From NCBI GenBank assembly GCA_028534125.1, contig CM052817.1:89530001-89594000 (forward strand): 64,000 nt of DNA, given 5' to 3'. This DNA comes from Lama glama. Taxonomy: Eukaryota. The translations under genes and the position numbers were made by a program. Positions 13,140 to 25,389 of the stretch are shown here, one piece after another; position 1 is the first letter of the stretch, and every line of letters begins with the position of its first letter. The notes beneath the pieces are model-generated. The model saw only the letters and a list, made by a program, of their open reading frames with translations, did no database searches and was not told where the DNA came from.

Positions 13140-13310
13140 TGTGTCATAGCTAAGAGTTTGGGCTTCAGAGCCAGACATCTTACCTCCATCACTTACTAAG
13201 TGCAAGTAAACTCATCTCTCTGGACTTCATTAGTAATCTTGGATAAAAATACTTGCTGTTGGATAATGCGACAATTAATTGAATTAATGTATGTAACTTG
13301 CCTAGCAATT
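13140..13310 (+). mobile_element. MIR SINE
   Basis: taagagtttgggcttcagagccagac...cacttact...ttaatgtatgtaacttgcctagca. Confidence 0.6.
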
Positions 13311-13959
13311 TTAAATTAAAATAAGTTTTAAATACCATTAATCTTATTATATTTCAAAATTTGTCCCTTATTAATGATCATACAGGGCAGAGACAGTGAT
13401 TTTTATATCACCTAAATTCACATATGGTATGGTAAAACAAGCACTATACCTATACAAATAAGATGACAATGTACAACAATTTAATATTACTCCAACTAAT
13501 GGAGAAAAGATACTCTTTTAGATCTAAAAATATATTATTACAAGTTTGCAATATTGGAGGAGGAAGTTCTGCTTTCAATAAAAAGACTTGCAAAGCTTGT
13601 GTAGGGAAATCTGGTCTCCCATACTGAGGCAATAGGTCAAGGTTGGCAAAAACAAGCCAGGCATACTGCCATGATCCCCTCTGCCCTTGGTAGACATCTA
13701 ATAGATCATGAAACTGTCCTACTGTGTCTTAAGAGAGTCTAAGAATCTTTCTTATTTGAAAGCTCTAGTCTGCCCCTTCTATTGAAGTTGATACTTCTGA
13801 TAAATTTGCTATAAATGGATATAGATGATCCTTATAGCTATAATCATTATAAACATTCTTGCCTCTATTGATATAAATGTGAAAACAACATCCAATAGTT
13901 TTTAGATTGAAAAATACAATGAAAACAACAAGAGTGAAAAATAATATACTTTATGTGTA

Positions 13960-14045
13960 GAGGAGAAGGGGTATCTGAGAACTCTCTACTTTCTACTCAA
14001 TTTTGCTATAAACCTAAAACTGCTCTAAAAAAATAGTCTGTTGGT
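13960..14045 (+). mobile_element. L1M 3' terminal fragment
   Basis: gagaactctctactttctactcaattttgctataaacctaaaactgctctaaaaaaatag. Confidence 0.65.
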
Positions 14046-17000
14046 TAAAAAATTTTAATACAATCAAGGTGTAAATATACACATAATCAAACAAAAAAAA
14101 GATAACTTTGTGTCAAACTAAGATAAATTATAATTAATTGAAAAGGATAACGTAGAAGAAAGATGGGTCATGGGTAGTTGAGCTATAATAAAATGAGTAA
14201 AACAACAAAGACATTGAGAAATTTTTAAAAAGACAATCTCAAAGAGGCAGTCATAGTTGGAAATGGGACAGGAATCAAGGGCTTCAAACTTTTTCTCAGC
14301 GACACCAGACCCTTTTACGCTGAAAGAAATGGCAGGATCTGTAGGCTTTGAGATTAGATTCTACCCGAGACTTAAGGTTGAATGCAGATTTTTCTCCATT
14401 TGGAAAAGTAAAGAGGTAAGAGCAAAAATGTTTGGGCTTTAAAACCCTTATGTTCACATTTGTTAGCTTGAAACTTCAGACTTCCAGCCAACATGTAAAT
14501 GGAGAAGGCAGGGCAGACACCTCTCAGGTGTCCTCAGAGCTCACCTCTCTGTGTTCAGGTCTGGTCACTCCACAATGGTAAAGTATAAGCATGAACTATT
14601 TTTATTACATAAACCCACAGACTAGGTACACAGCTGAACAATCAAATTTGAGTGCTAGTTTCTAAAAACTAAGTAAACAGAGGTATTTTCATTTCTTTGA
14701 TTTTCCTTAAAAATATTGTGAACATTTATCTCGACTCACAGTTGATTGATTTTTTTATCCTTAAATACAGCAAAAATAAAACTCTTCTGGTTCTTTTTAA
14801 ATCTACTCTCGTAAACAAAATTGTTCCATTTATAACTCATTCCGTGTGTTTCACATACACAAAATTATTATGTCTAGAATAAGATAATCCATATGAAAAG
14901 CAGATTTTATTGCTTTTGGTATATTTGCCAAATGATTTTTGAAAGAAAAATATAATGGGTTAGATGGATTTATGGGGCAAATAACTTACTGTTGGCAATA
15001 GGATGCTAAGAAAAGGATGGTTTAAAAGTTAAGAAACTCATAATGCCAGCTCAGAATTTATAGCTAACAATTTTATAGGCCAAAGCCACGACGCAGGCAT
15101 CCTTATCCCGCAGTGCGAATAGGATTACCTTTCCAAGCATTATCCTAATGTGGAATTAAACTGTCAAGTTGGCTTGCTTGCTGCATAGACTTGTGCATAA
15201 GATGAATGTAACTCTGGGTAAAGTTCAATATTGCTCCATCTGTTAAGCACCTTTTTCTTCTAGAAATGCAAAAACTGCAAATACACACATGCATATCATT
15301 CCTATTTAAGTACTGAGTCATTGTGCGTTCACTGAAAAACATGATGACATCAACCCAGATCAATCTTAATTATAAATGCAAATTCTTCTATTTCTTCAAA
15401 GGTCTATTTCTTAAAGATAATATCTAGTTCTTAAAAAGCCGATGTAATTTGAATTACTTGACCATCATTAGAAAAGCCAAAAATAAATAATATAAAATTG
15501 TGAAAATGGATATAAGAATTTGCCATCAGTGTCAATCTCTGATAGCAACAAACATCTCCATAGTGAAATTCATTTTCTTTGATCATTAGAAACCCTTTGG
15601 ATGCTTTTAATAATTTTGTGTTCTCTCCATGACATATCTTTGTTGGTAGAATCACTGCAATTTAACTATAATGATTGTGGAAAATTGCAAGGGTAGACGG
15701 GAAATTATTAATTGTTGAAACAGCAGTTGCCTGATAGTTTACTAATTTGAATTATACTGAATATAGGAAAAGATAGCTAAAAAGTACCTAGTTCAGATAA
15801 GAGGAGAGACATAGGAGAGGCAGTGGAACTACAAGTTTTAAAATTGCTTTTTTGGGGAGAAATTTGTAATTAAGCCTTCTTCTATAACTACTTAGCTAAC
15901 AGTTTAATTGGTGTTTTTTCCCCTGTTTATTTATTTTTTAAAAAGAAAAAAAATCCACCCTTATTTCACAAAGATAATAATTTAGCCCTAATCCAATGTA
16001 AGTATTTTTCATAAATTTCCTTTAAATTGCTTGTAAGGAGACGTAAGCATAGCTCAGTAGCTGGCCCTTATTTTTCAAGAACAGTATGCTAATGAATATT
16101 TCACACTGTATTAACTCAAGAGGAAAAGCTGGCTTTTCTCTCTTTTCTCATCTTTCTTACTTTTAGGAGAAATATTACCAAGTAACAAGAATTTATTTAA
16201 TTGCATACTTTTAACATGTTTCTATCCGTATTTAGGTAAAACAAATAGAAATAATCATGCAGATCTGCAGAATAGATTCTAAGGAGAATTTTTTTGTCAC
16301 TAAATTCTGAAATTTTCACTCATAAGACCTGATTTATGAGCTAATCAATTATAGAGTACAGAGGGATGGATTGTTTTCTTCTGCGTATTACAACAGTGAG
16401 TTTTTAACACATAAGTTAAATGAAAACTGATTTATGTACATTTAAATATATTTTTATTGTTCATAGGTAATATAATATACTATGCACATATAAAATCATA
16501 AAATCAATTATTGGAAGCAACCACACAAACTGTTAAACGGTTGACTCTGGGGAGGAATATGTGATTGAGAACAGAAAGTAATAAAATGTGTGTGTGAAGG
16601 GGGTGGGTAGAGGTGAGTGTTGTGTTGTATTATTTAAGTAGTATAACTGCATTTTATGAAACAATAATATATAAAATGCTGACTTTTTTATTACCAAGAT
16701 TTTTTAAATGTAAAAACTAGCAGACTAGCTTCAGTGTATACTGTGTTCTTATGATTGCCACAGCTAGTGTCACCTTACCTGGTAAACAGCAGTATCTATT
16801 TCCCTCCTTTTTTTTCAGTATGTCTCTTAAACCATACGGTTTTTAACGTGCACTGGAATTTCCAGGATTTTTTATTATAACACCTGTGCTGTTATTTTGA
16901 CATTCAATGTTTTTATAACCTGAAAATACTTTTTATCTTATGACAATGTCATCTAAGAATTAATTAAATGGCAGAATCAGTGCTAGTTCAGAAAAGTGCT

Positions 17001-18234
17001 GCCAGGCGACACAAACCTTGGAATTCAATTAGGTATGTTAAATTTCTATAAAGAAGGTCAAGGTTATAATTTAGATAGCTTTATTTTAGATAAAATTAAA
17101 AACATAATTAGAGAAAAAGTACATCTAGGAGATGTATGTGCTATGATTAGAAATGTCTGTATTCCAAGACTGCATTTCTCTATTGACTTTTCTATAGGAA
17201 AAATACTCTTGAATTATTTCAGACTTGCATTATGCAAACTTTCAATTAGGTAATATCCCAGAAATGCCTCTCTTAAAATAAAACACATCCTTCCCATGTC
17301 TCAATGTTGTTGGAATCATTCGATGAGAAAGCACTATTTTATTTTGCAAATAACAATGAAGAAGGAAAGCAAAGTGACTGTTAATAGAAGTTTCAAAAAT
17401 GTAAAGAGATTTTTTTTAAGTGACCCTAGTAATACTACCCACCAGAGATAATCATTGGTAATATTTTAGCAGGTTTCCTTTTAGCACATACATGTATACA
17501 TATGATGTTTTCTAAACTGCATGTAAATATGCAACATACTTTCTCCTATCATTGAATTGTGAGGTGCCCATGTAAATAAGGTATTTTTGAAAAACACAGT
17601 GTAGATAGCTATATAATATGTAATCATTTCCACTCTTTTCTTAATATAAGTAACACTGTACTAATTTATGGAAGATTCTTGGAGTTTCCAACAATTTTCT
17701 TAGGTCAGTTTCCGTGCACTGAAATTATAGGATATTAACTCTTGAAAAGGTTATTTTAACGTTTGCTATTTTGCTTGACTGAGGATAGTGTATCTGTCAA
17801 AAATCAAATTCAAAAACCTCCACCACAAAATGGAAATCAATTTTATAAGAGTTAGTATTTTCTATTTCTCTAAGCCTTATGCCTGCCTTGGGTAGATCTC
17901 GCAGTCATTAATACCTTAATAATTCTTCATAGTCTGTTTGGTAAGCATTTTCTCTCTTTAAAAGTATGTTTTCTTCCTGCTTCTGGAATGTGACTACTTC
18001 TGGTTTTCACTGCTCTGGAGAGACTGTCTCTTAGGGAAGAGGAAAGAAAGGAGTGATTGCTATGCGGTCTTATCATTCATGTCTAACACCCTCAATTAGG
18101 GCTCTGTTGGCACTACGGTGTGGCTATTCTTCCTTGTGTGGAACTGGCCAGACCATCTCTTCCACCCCTGCCCAAATAATTGTCAGCAGAAACTTGCAAG
18201 GGCATTTTGACACCAAAAGTTACTCTGATGAAAA

Positions 18235-18345
18235 GCACAGAATCTTGATCTTAGAATTCTACACTTGAGGACTGTGAGAAATAAATTTGTCGTTTAAGAC
18301 ACCCAGTGTGGTATTTTGTTATGGCAGCCTGAGCAGATCAATGCA
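18235..18345 (+). mobile_element. MLT1 LTR 3' end
   Basis: gactgtgagaaataaatttgtcgtttaagacacccagtgtggtattttgttatggcagcc...aatgca. Confidence 0.7.
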
Positions 18346-18724
18346 GGCTGGGACTTAAACACCATCTTCTCATGAGACAACCAATGATAACCTTTTTAAG
18401 TTGTACTTTGTAAGGAAGTATAACTTCTAACCTACATATACACACACTCACGTGTGCACACACACACTCTCCAATGTTGCCCACTACTCTGTTTCTTTCA
18501 GAGAAACGCTGTTCACTTATTAGGATTTGGATTTTATAATATTTTTTAGCTTTTATAAATTTGTAGTTTTATTTTCTCATTTGTCTTTTATCTAGACTGT
18601 CAACTAGACTGCCAGTTTAACATGCAGAAATCATTCGTGTTTCATTCATGTTTCTTTATACTCAGACTTAAGACAGTTTTGTGTACATTGATCTTCTTAG
18701 TAAATATTTCCTAGTTATTTGTAT

Positions 18725-18935
18725 AGCTAATATTTATTGACTTACTATTTACCAGGTACTATCAAAATACTTTATAAGCTTTCTCATATTTATTTTTTCC
18801 AAGAACCATGTTGTATAATTATTATTTTTTAGAGATGAGGAAATTATATATCTAGTCCAGGAATGAGAGTTAGTGTCAAAAGAGCTGAGACTCGGAAATG
18901 GAGTCTGTCTCCAAATTTCTCTCAACCATGACAGC
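18725..18935 (-). mobile_element. MIR SINE (preceded by an L2 3' remnant at ~18585-18710)
   Basis: tatttattgacttactatttaccaggtact...ttttagagatgaggaaatt. Confidence 0.6.
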
Positions 18936-19059
18936 ATATTATACTTTTTCCTAGTAATAAGTGAATTCTTTGAATAATGAATATCATCTTATTGACTGTC
19001 ACATTAGTTGGAAATGTTTTCCCACATTTCACCTTACATTTACATTTTAATTAGTTTAC

Positions 19060-20260
19060 TATGATCCTTTTAATGAATTTAATTTTATAAGAGTAGTACA
19101 TACACTCCATTTCAAAAAAAGCCAACGGACCAAAATGACTGGTAATGAAGAGCAGTCTTTCTTCCATTATTTCCTAGGCTCCTTAATCCTATTTGTTTGT
19201 GAGGTTTTGTTGTTGTTGTTGTTGTTTTTAGCTATGTCTCCTTATATTTACCTGTGTATACATAAAATGTATACCTATACTGCTATAACTAGATATACAA
19301 TTTTTAGAAAGTATATACTGTTTTCTATTATGGTATGTAAGATCTGTATCTCTAACAACAGAAGCCCTTCCCATTGTTCTCTCTCTTCTCCATTCTTATA
19401 ATAAGCCCATACCACAATATTGGTTTAAATACTCAGTATATATTACTATGCAATTACATTTATCATTCAATGCTGAGCCAAGTAAGCACTCTTAAAAATC
19501 TTTTAACTTTTCTGAAATAAGTAGTTGCCCATTTAAAAATCTGTATTGTTTTCTAATACAGTTCCTTCTTCTGAAACAGTCCATGAGATTCTAAAAAGTC
19601 TCTCAGTGGCATTTTCCACATGTTTAAACCCATCAAAATATCTATCAATTAATTATTTTCAAGGTGACCTCTATCCTAAAGCCATCCTCCTTCCGCACCC
19701 ACCCCATGTGGGTGTTGCTGCTGTTCGCCATGCCTACTATACAGTTCTCCCTGGGACTTCCTTTCACTAACATCCTTTTGCTAGAACTAACTCTGAATCT
19801 TCTATTTTCTGGAGCAGAGGGCTTCTTTTTTTTCTTGGTGTACTCTCTAGATTTTTAGGGAGCACAGCCCCCAGTAGTTTCCATAAAAGGAATGGGAAGC
19901 AATATTTTGAGAAGACGCATGCCCACCAAAAATGTATTTGTTGTATCATAATAAAACATCGTTATTTTGCCTTGGTATAGAACTCAGGGGTGAGGGATCA
20001 CCCTTTTTCTTGGTATGCAAAGATATTACTCTCTTCTAACTTCCATATATTACTCACAGCTGAATGTAGTTCAGCTTGATCATATTCTTATCCACTATGT
20101 TCTGAAATTTTATAATGCAGTTTTATTTTGAGTCTTTTTCACTTTTGATGTATACTCAATGGCCCTATTAACATGAAAACTCATATCCTTCAATTCTGAA
20201 AAAAAATTTCCTTGTCTATGACTAATGTCTTCCCTCAATGTTTAATTATTTTTGGTTACC
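19060..20260 (-). mobile_element. Old L1 (L1MC/L1ME-like) fragments
   Basis: T-rich antisense L1-like motifs (ttttgccttggtatagaactcagggg; tccactatgttctgaaattttataatg). Confidence 0.45.
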
Positions 20261-20398
20261 TATTCATGTTAAAAAGAAAGTGCTAAATGACAGTTCAGCT
20301 TAAAGTGGCAGAGTTTGTCTAATGGTGTGTATGTTAGTTTTTCTTTCTTACTGCCACACAGCAAACCACCACAAGTTTAGTGGCTTTAAAAAAATCCA

Positions 20399-20534
20399 CT
20401 TTATTTATTTTTTTATTTTGGGGGGAGGTAGTTAGGCTTGTTTGTTTGTTTGTTTGCTTATTTAATTGAGCTAATGGGATTGAACCCAGGCCCTCATTCA
20501 TGCTAAGCATGTGCTCTATGACTGAGCTATACCC
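20399..20534 (-). mobile_element. tRNA-Ala-derived camelid SINE (vic-1-like)
   Basis: Minus strand: gggtatagctcagtcatagagcacatgcttagcatgaatgagggcctgggttcaatcc (A and B boxes, tRNA-Ala AGC-like), then (aaac)n, cctaactacctcccccc and an A-rich tail. Confidence 0.85.
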
Positions 20535-20640
20535 AAAATAATATGCAAACTAAAATATGTATGTATATGTATAACTGAACTACTATGCTGTACACCAGAA
20601 ACTGACACAACATTGTAAACTAACTATACTTCAACAAAAA
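20535..20640 (+). mobile_element. L1 3' terminal fragment (cetartiodactyl type)
   Basis: tatatgtataactgaactactatgctgtacaccagaaactgacacaacattgtaaactaactatacttcaacaaaaa, homologous to the L1 3' end at ~27040-27120. Confidence 0.85.
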
Positions 20641-21759
20641 ATCCATTTTAATCTCACACTTCTGTAGGTGAGAAGTCTGGGCATGGCTCAGAGGAGTTTT
20701 CTGCTCAGGGTTTCACAAGGCTGAGATGAAAGGGTTGGCCAGGCTGCATTCTCAGCCAGAGGCTCTACTGGGTAAAAATCCATTTCCAGCTTCATTCAGA
20801 TGGTTAGCAGAATTTTAATTGGAGAAATTCTCACTGTTTCAGGACTGAGGTCCATGTTCTCTTCCTGATAGCTGGCCAGGGGTCATTATCAAATCCTAGA
20901 TAACATGGCAGTTTTCTATTTCAAGACCCAAAGGAATATGTCTGCTGTTGTTTTAAGTCTCTTTTAAGGGCTCATCTGTTTAGGTCATGCCCACCCTGGA
21001 TAATCTCCCTTTTTATAAACTCAGAGTCAACTGATTAAACATCTAAATTACATCTGTAAAATCCTTCCACTTTTACCATATAAAGTGACCTTATAACTGA
21101 AGTGATATACCATCCTATTCACAGGTCCCTCCCATACTCAGAGGAGGGGATTATATGAGGCTGTGGGTCATCAGGAGTCATGTTAGAACTCTGCCTACCT
21201 CAGTGTGGACCACAGTGGTATAGTAAGCCAACAATCAAGGCCATTTCACTATGGGACTGTATACTCCACTGAGAGTATACTTTCTCTTGTGCTGATTAGT
21301 TAAAGGAAGCAATAATTCAATTTTGCTTCTCGAGGGGTGGGAGTTGTAACTCTAATTTTAAAAATTCTGGGAGGTTTTCAGGAAACTCTGGCTAGTTTCC
21401 TGCTAATCACCAAGTAACTTCCATTTAATTGATCTTATTAAATTGGCCACTCCTTTCCACAGCTGTGCCTTATGTATCAGAATTTACCAACATTCCAGAG
21501 TAAGCCGTCTATCTTTGCCAAAATGGCAAGAGGCTATTTTTGTTTTGTTCTATTTTGTTCTTGAGTAGGAGTGCAAGAGGACATTTTAGAATCTAAGTTC
21601 TCCTTTTACTGACTTGCTATTATTCATCCACCTGTTTTCAATCCCACCTACATTCTGTCTCATATCACTTGTCCACTGGCCCTATAGCTTTCAAATCGTT
21701 ACCAGCTTCCATCTGCTATGATGTTCTTTCTTCTCTTTTATTCTTGTATTGGATCACTA

Positions 21760-22105
21760 TTACTACCATGTCACAAATTAGTTCAAATGTTAGCAAGTTA
21801 AAACACCAAACATCTCTCAGTTTCTGTGGGTCAGAAATTCAGAAGTAGCTTAACTGGGTGATTTTGGCTCAGTGTGTCTCATGAGTTTGTGGTCGACATC
21901 TTGGCCAGTGCTGCAGTTGTCCTGAGTGGGCTGCAGAATCCAATTTTAAGATGGTTCATTTACACAGCTGTTGGCAAGAAACCCCAACACCCCAAGGGCA
22001 ACTCACAAGAAGCCTCAGTTCATTGCTGCATGGACCTTTCATTAGACTGCTTGAGAGTCTCTACAACATGGCAACTAGCTTTCCTCAGAGCAAGTGATTC
22101 TTTAA
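21760..22105 (-). mobile_element. MLT1F/G/H-type LTR fragment
   Basis: ctcagtttctgtgggtcagaaattcagaagtagcttaactggg...caacatggcaactagcttcctcagagcaagtgat. Confidence 0.7.
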
Positions 22106-23454
22106 TTTAATTGTAGTGTGGTTGGGGAAACAGAAGAGATAAATTTATGTGTTAACATACTGAGGTCTGGACCAAAACAAAACAAAACCTTAATTCTATT
22201 AAGTAAGCTGTTTCTTTTTTCTCATTCTGATTCCAAATGTTATTCTCTCTTTGTCTTATATATCTATAAAGTTTCATGATTTTGGAAAATCAACATTAAA
22301 GATGAAAAATTTATCACATCAAGTATCTAGCCATATCTATCTATGTACTAGATAGTCTTGTGAATATACTAGATAGTCTTGTGATTTTCTATCTAAAGTT
22401 TTTCAAACCGATATTTTGGTCTGACATATTATATCACTTTTAGAACACATTGTTGTTGTTTCTTTCCTAGTGGGGTAAAGCTTCTTTAAATCAACACAGT
22501 CTAATATCGATTGAGGAATGATCCACATTTTTCCCACACAGCCCTCAGTAAGCTTCACTCAAAGATAAGTGATGGTTTTCACTGCTTTTGTGTTATTGAC
22601 TATTAAGAAGGACGTATATGTTCCCTGGAAATTCCCTAAATGTGATGAATTGCATTTTTATTAAGAAAAGAGTTCTAGTTTTTTCATCTTAGCATCTAGT
22701 GCCTCAACAGTCAATAAATATTTTATCAAAAAGCTTACAAATAGGTAGGAAGCTAGAGAAGTCCATAAAGTCCATTATTTGCAGGGAGGAGGGCTTCAAC
22801 TTAAAGTTTATATTAACTTAGTAACTACCTGTGTGAGTGCAAAAGTATTTATTTTGTAACAGCTTATTTCTTCATATCAGAAAATGCAAGTATTTGCCAA
22901 TAAATTACAAGATTTTTAATACTACTGGGAAAATAAGACAGAAATTATAATTTTGAAAATATGCTGGGCATACACTCTGATTTTTCAGATTTTTTAACTA
23001 AGACTGTAAATGGTTCCTTTCCTTGGTTATTTAGATTGTTGTTACTGTTAAAAAGTGCAGTAATCTCTTGATAGTCATCTGAATTAAGACAACTATCTCC
23101 AGCTGCCAGCCTGGCTCAAATTATATGTCATTTTTGCCTTCTGTGAACACTAGCACTTTTTATTTGTTTGGTACGATTTCCTCTTGTTATATGACTGAAA
23201 TGCTAACAATTTAGACCCAGTTGTGGCATGGCTAGAGAGAAGAGAAAAAGAAAACAAAGCATACTTAGTGTCATCCTATGGCTAACTTAGGTGGTATTTA
23301 ATTAAAACAAAAGGAAAAGACAACCAGATATAAATGAATTTTGCAACAAATAAATGGATTCTGGCAAAATTACTTTGACTTAACAATTTTGTGATTGAAA
23401 AATCATGTACACTCACAATCAATAAAACTACGTATAAAATATTTGATGAGAATA

Positions 23455-23660
23455 ACTAACATCTAAAATTTTACCTATGTACAGGTACTGTTCTAAGCAT
23501 TTACTTTAATTCTGATGATAACCCTTGACGCATGAATCATCACCTCCATTTAAAAAAATAAAAAACTGAGGAACAAGTAAACTGGACAACATCACATCAG
23601 ACACTTCCCATATGGAGCCAGAATTTGAACTGGAATAGTTTGACTCCTGAGACTGACACA
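23455..23660 (-). mobile_element. MIR SINE
   Basis: tatgtacaggtactgttctaagcattt...aaactgagg...gagccagaatttgaac. Confidence 0.65.
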
Positions 23661-23677
23661 TTTGTTTTTACATAGAT

Positions 23678-23896
23678 AAGGATTTCTCGACCTAAGCAAT
23701 CTGGACATACTGGGATGGATAATTCTTCATTGTGGGAGTCTGTCCTGTGCATTGTATGGTGTGTAGCAGCATCCCTGGCCTCCACCCATTAGATGCCAGT
23801 AGTTCCCTCCACTCCTCATTGTAGTAACCAAAAATGTTTTCAGGCATTGCAAATGCTCCCCGGAAGGCAAACTCACCCCCAATGGAGAACTGATGA
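23678..23896 (-). mobile_element. MER20 hAT-Charlie element
   Basis: ctgtcctgtgcattgtatggtgtgtagcagcatccctggcctccacccattagatgccagtag...ggagaactgatg. Confidence 0.85.
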
Positions 23897-24054
23897 TATA
23901 GATTTATCTGTTCTATCTTTAACAGTCATTTTAGTAACTTAAAATAAGATGCCATATAGATGGGCTTGATATGAAAATATAAAGAGAAAACTGAGTTATC
24001 AAGACCTTAGTTTATCAGATATATCACATTCTTCTATTTAAAATGTCAGTAAGG

Positions 24055-25389
24055 GAGAGAAGCAAAATGGCGGAGTAGAAGGACGCTTGTAGCTTACCCT
24101 CTTCCACAAATACACCAAAACTCACACCTATGGACCTACTCAGCCAACCAGAGCACGTACCGAACTCCAAAAGAACATCGCCCTCTTTGAAAGACAAGGA
24201 CGCCAAAACATCTGGTAGGAGAAAAGGAAAAAAGAAAGAAGAAAAAGCAAAACAGTGTGGGACCAGTCCCACAGTGAGGGAGCAGCAGAGGACTGGTGCT
24301 CGTTCACTGGGTCTCCCCTCTCCAACGGAGAGGCCAGCGGGATGGAGAGGGAGCCTCTGAGGCTCAGATCTGCCCCAAGCACCCCTTGACCTACAGAACT
24401 GAATTAAACAGGCACAAAGGGTCCCCACGACACCCAGCCTGAGACTCCAGCCGGCAGCAGGGACCAGGGCAGGCCACCTGAGCCGGGCGAAGGACTGGGG
24501 CGGCTGCACTGAGGCAGCCTCGGGGGACTGCAGGAGGCTGTGTGCCATGGCTGGGAGTGGATACGGAGCAGAACAACCTTGGTCCCCCATAAGCTGCGAA
24601 AAAAGCAAAGCAACATGGCTGGTATGCCCTGGGGGGAAGGGCACCGTAGCCTTTGTATCCTCAGACTTGTGCCGCCATTACTGGTGCATCTCATGAGAAG
24701 AGAGGCGGGGCTCAGCCACAGCCGCCATCTCCTCCTGTGTGTAGCCTGGGTGGGGGCGGGGCTGAGACCTGAATTCGCACCAGGGGGCTCCACAACCTCC
24801 TGAGCAGAACTGAGACTTGTTTACAGCCCAAGGCAGATAGGATCTTTCTGCCTGGCACCTCAGAGAACTTCTGCCACCAAGACAAACAAGGAGCTGAGAT
24901 TTGGCACGGAGCAGGGGTGGGGCCGTTCCGTGGTCTTCCCCGAGCCTGCCTTTGGAGTGTCAACCCGAGGCGGAGTGGGCAGCTGCACAGAGGAGCGGAG
25001 CAACTGGTGCCGGGAGACGGCGGGCAGCCACTCACCTTCCTGGCAGTTATGCAGCACCTGACCACGGTGCTGGGAGAGGGTGCAATACGCTCACCAGCCT
25101 CCCCGCCAAGCGCAGCATCTGACTGTGGCATCGGGAGGGCGAGTGACCCGCCCACCCACCAGGTAAGAGTTCAGGTCCTGACCCAGTGTTAGGAGGGGGT
25201 GTGATCTGCTAGCCCACAGCCACTGGGAGCAGCAAAGATGAGGGCACCAACAGAGGGCCTCTGGAAACAGCAAGCTGCCTTCGCGAAACAGGGCGAAGAC
25301 ACAAAGACTTTTCGATAAAATCATTAAGAGCACACATATCCAGGAGAACTAGATAACTGATACTCCTTAAGCCACAGTGCCAGAGAGAT
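24055..25389 (+). promoter_or_regulatory. L1 5'UTR internal promoter (CpG-rich island)
   Basis: Only strongly GC/CpG-rich segment in the window; YY1-like caaaatggcg at 24063-24072, as at L1 5' ends; second YY1-like agatggcggc on the minus strand at 24721-24730. Confidence 0.75.

Larger units (their letters stand above)
20330..21202 (-). mobile_element. MLT1D/E-type MaLR solo LTR, interrupted at 20399-20635
   Basis: Starts tatgttagttt...accacaagtttagtggc, ends gaactctgcctacctca; exact 5-bp TSD gtgtg at 20325-20329 and 21203-21207. Confidence 0.85.

Noticed and set aside
20470..20534. tRNA-Ala-like sequence as a tRNA gene
   Set aside because: Degenerate stems, and followed by a SINE body and A-tail, so it is a SINE head
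22346..22385. Short tandem duplication tactagatagtcttgtga x2
   Set aside because: Only two units; ordinary slippage duplication, not an array
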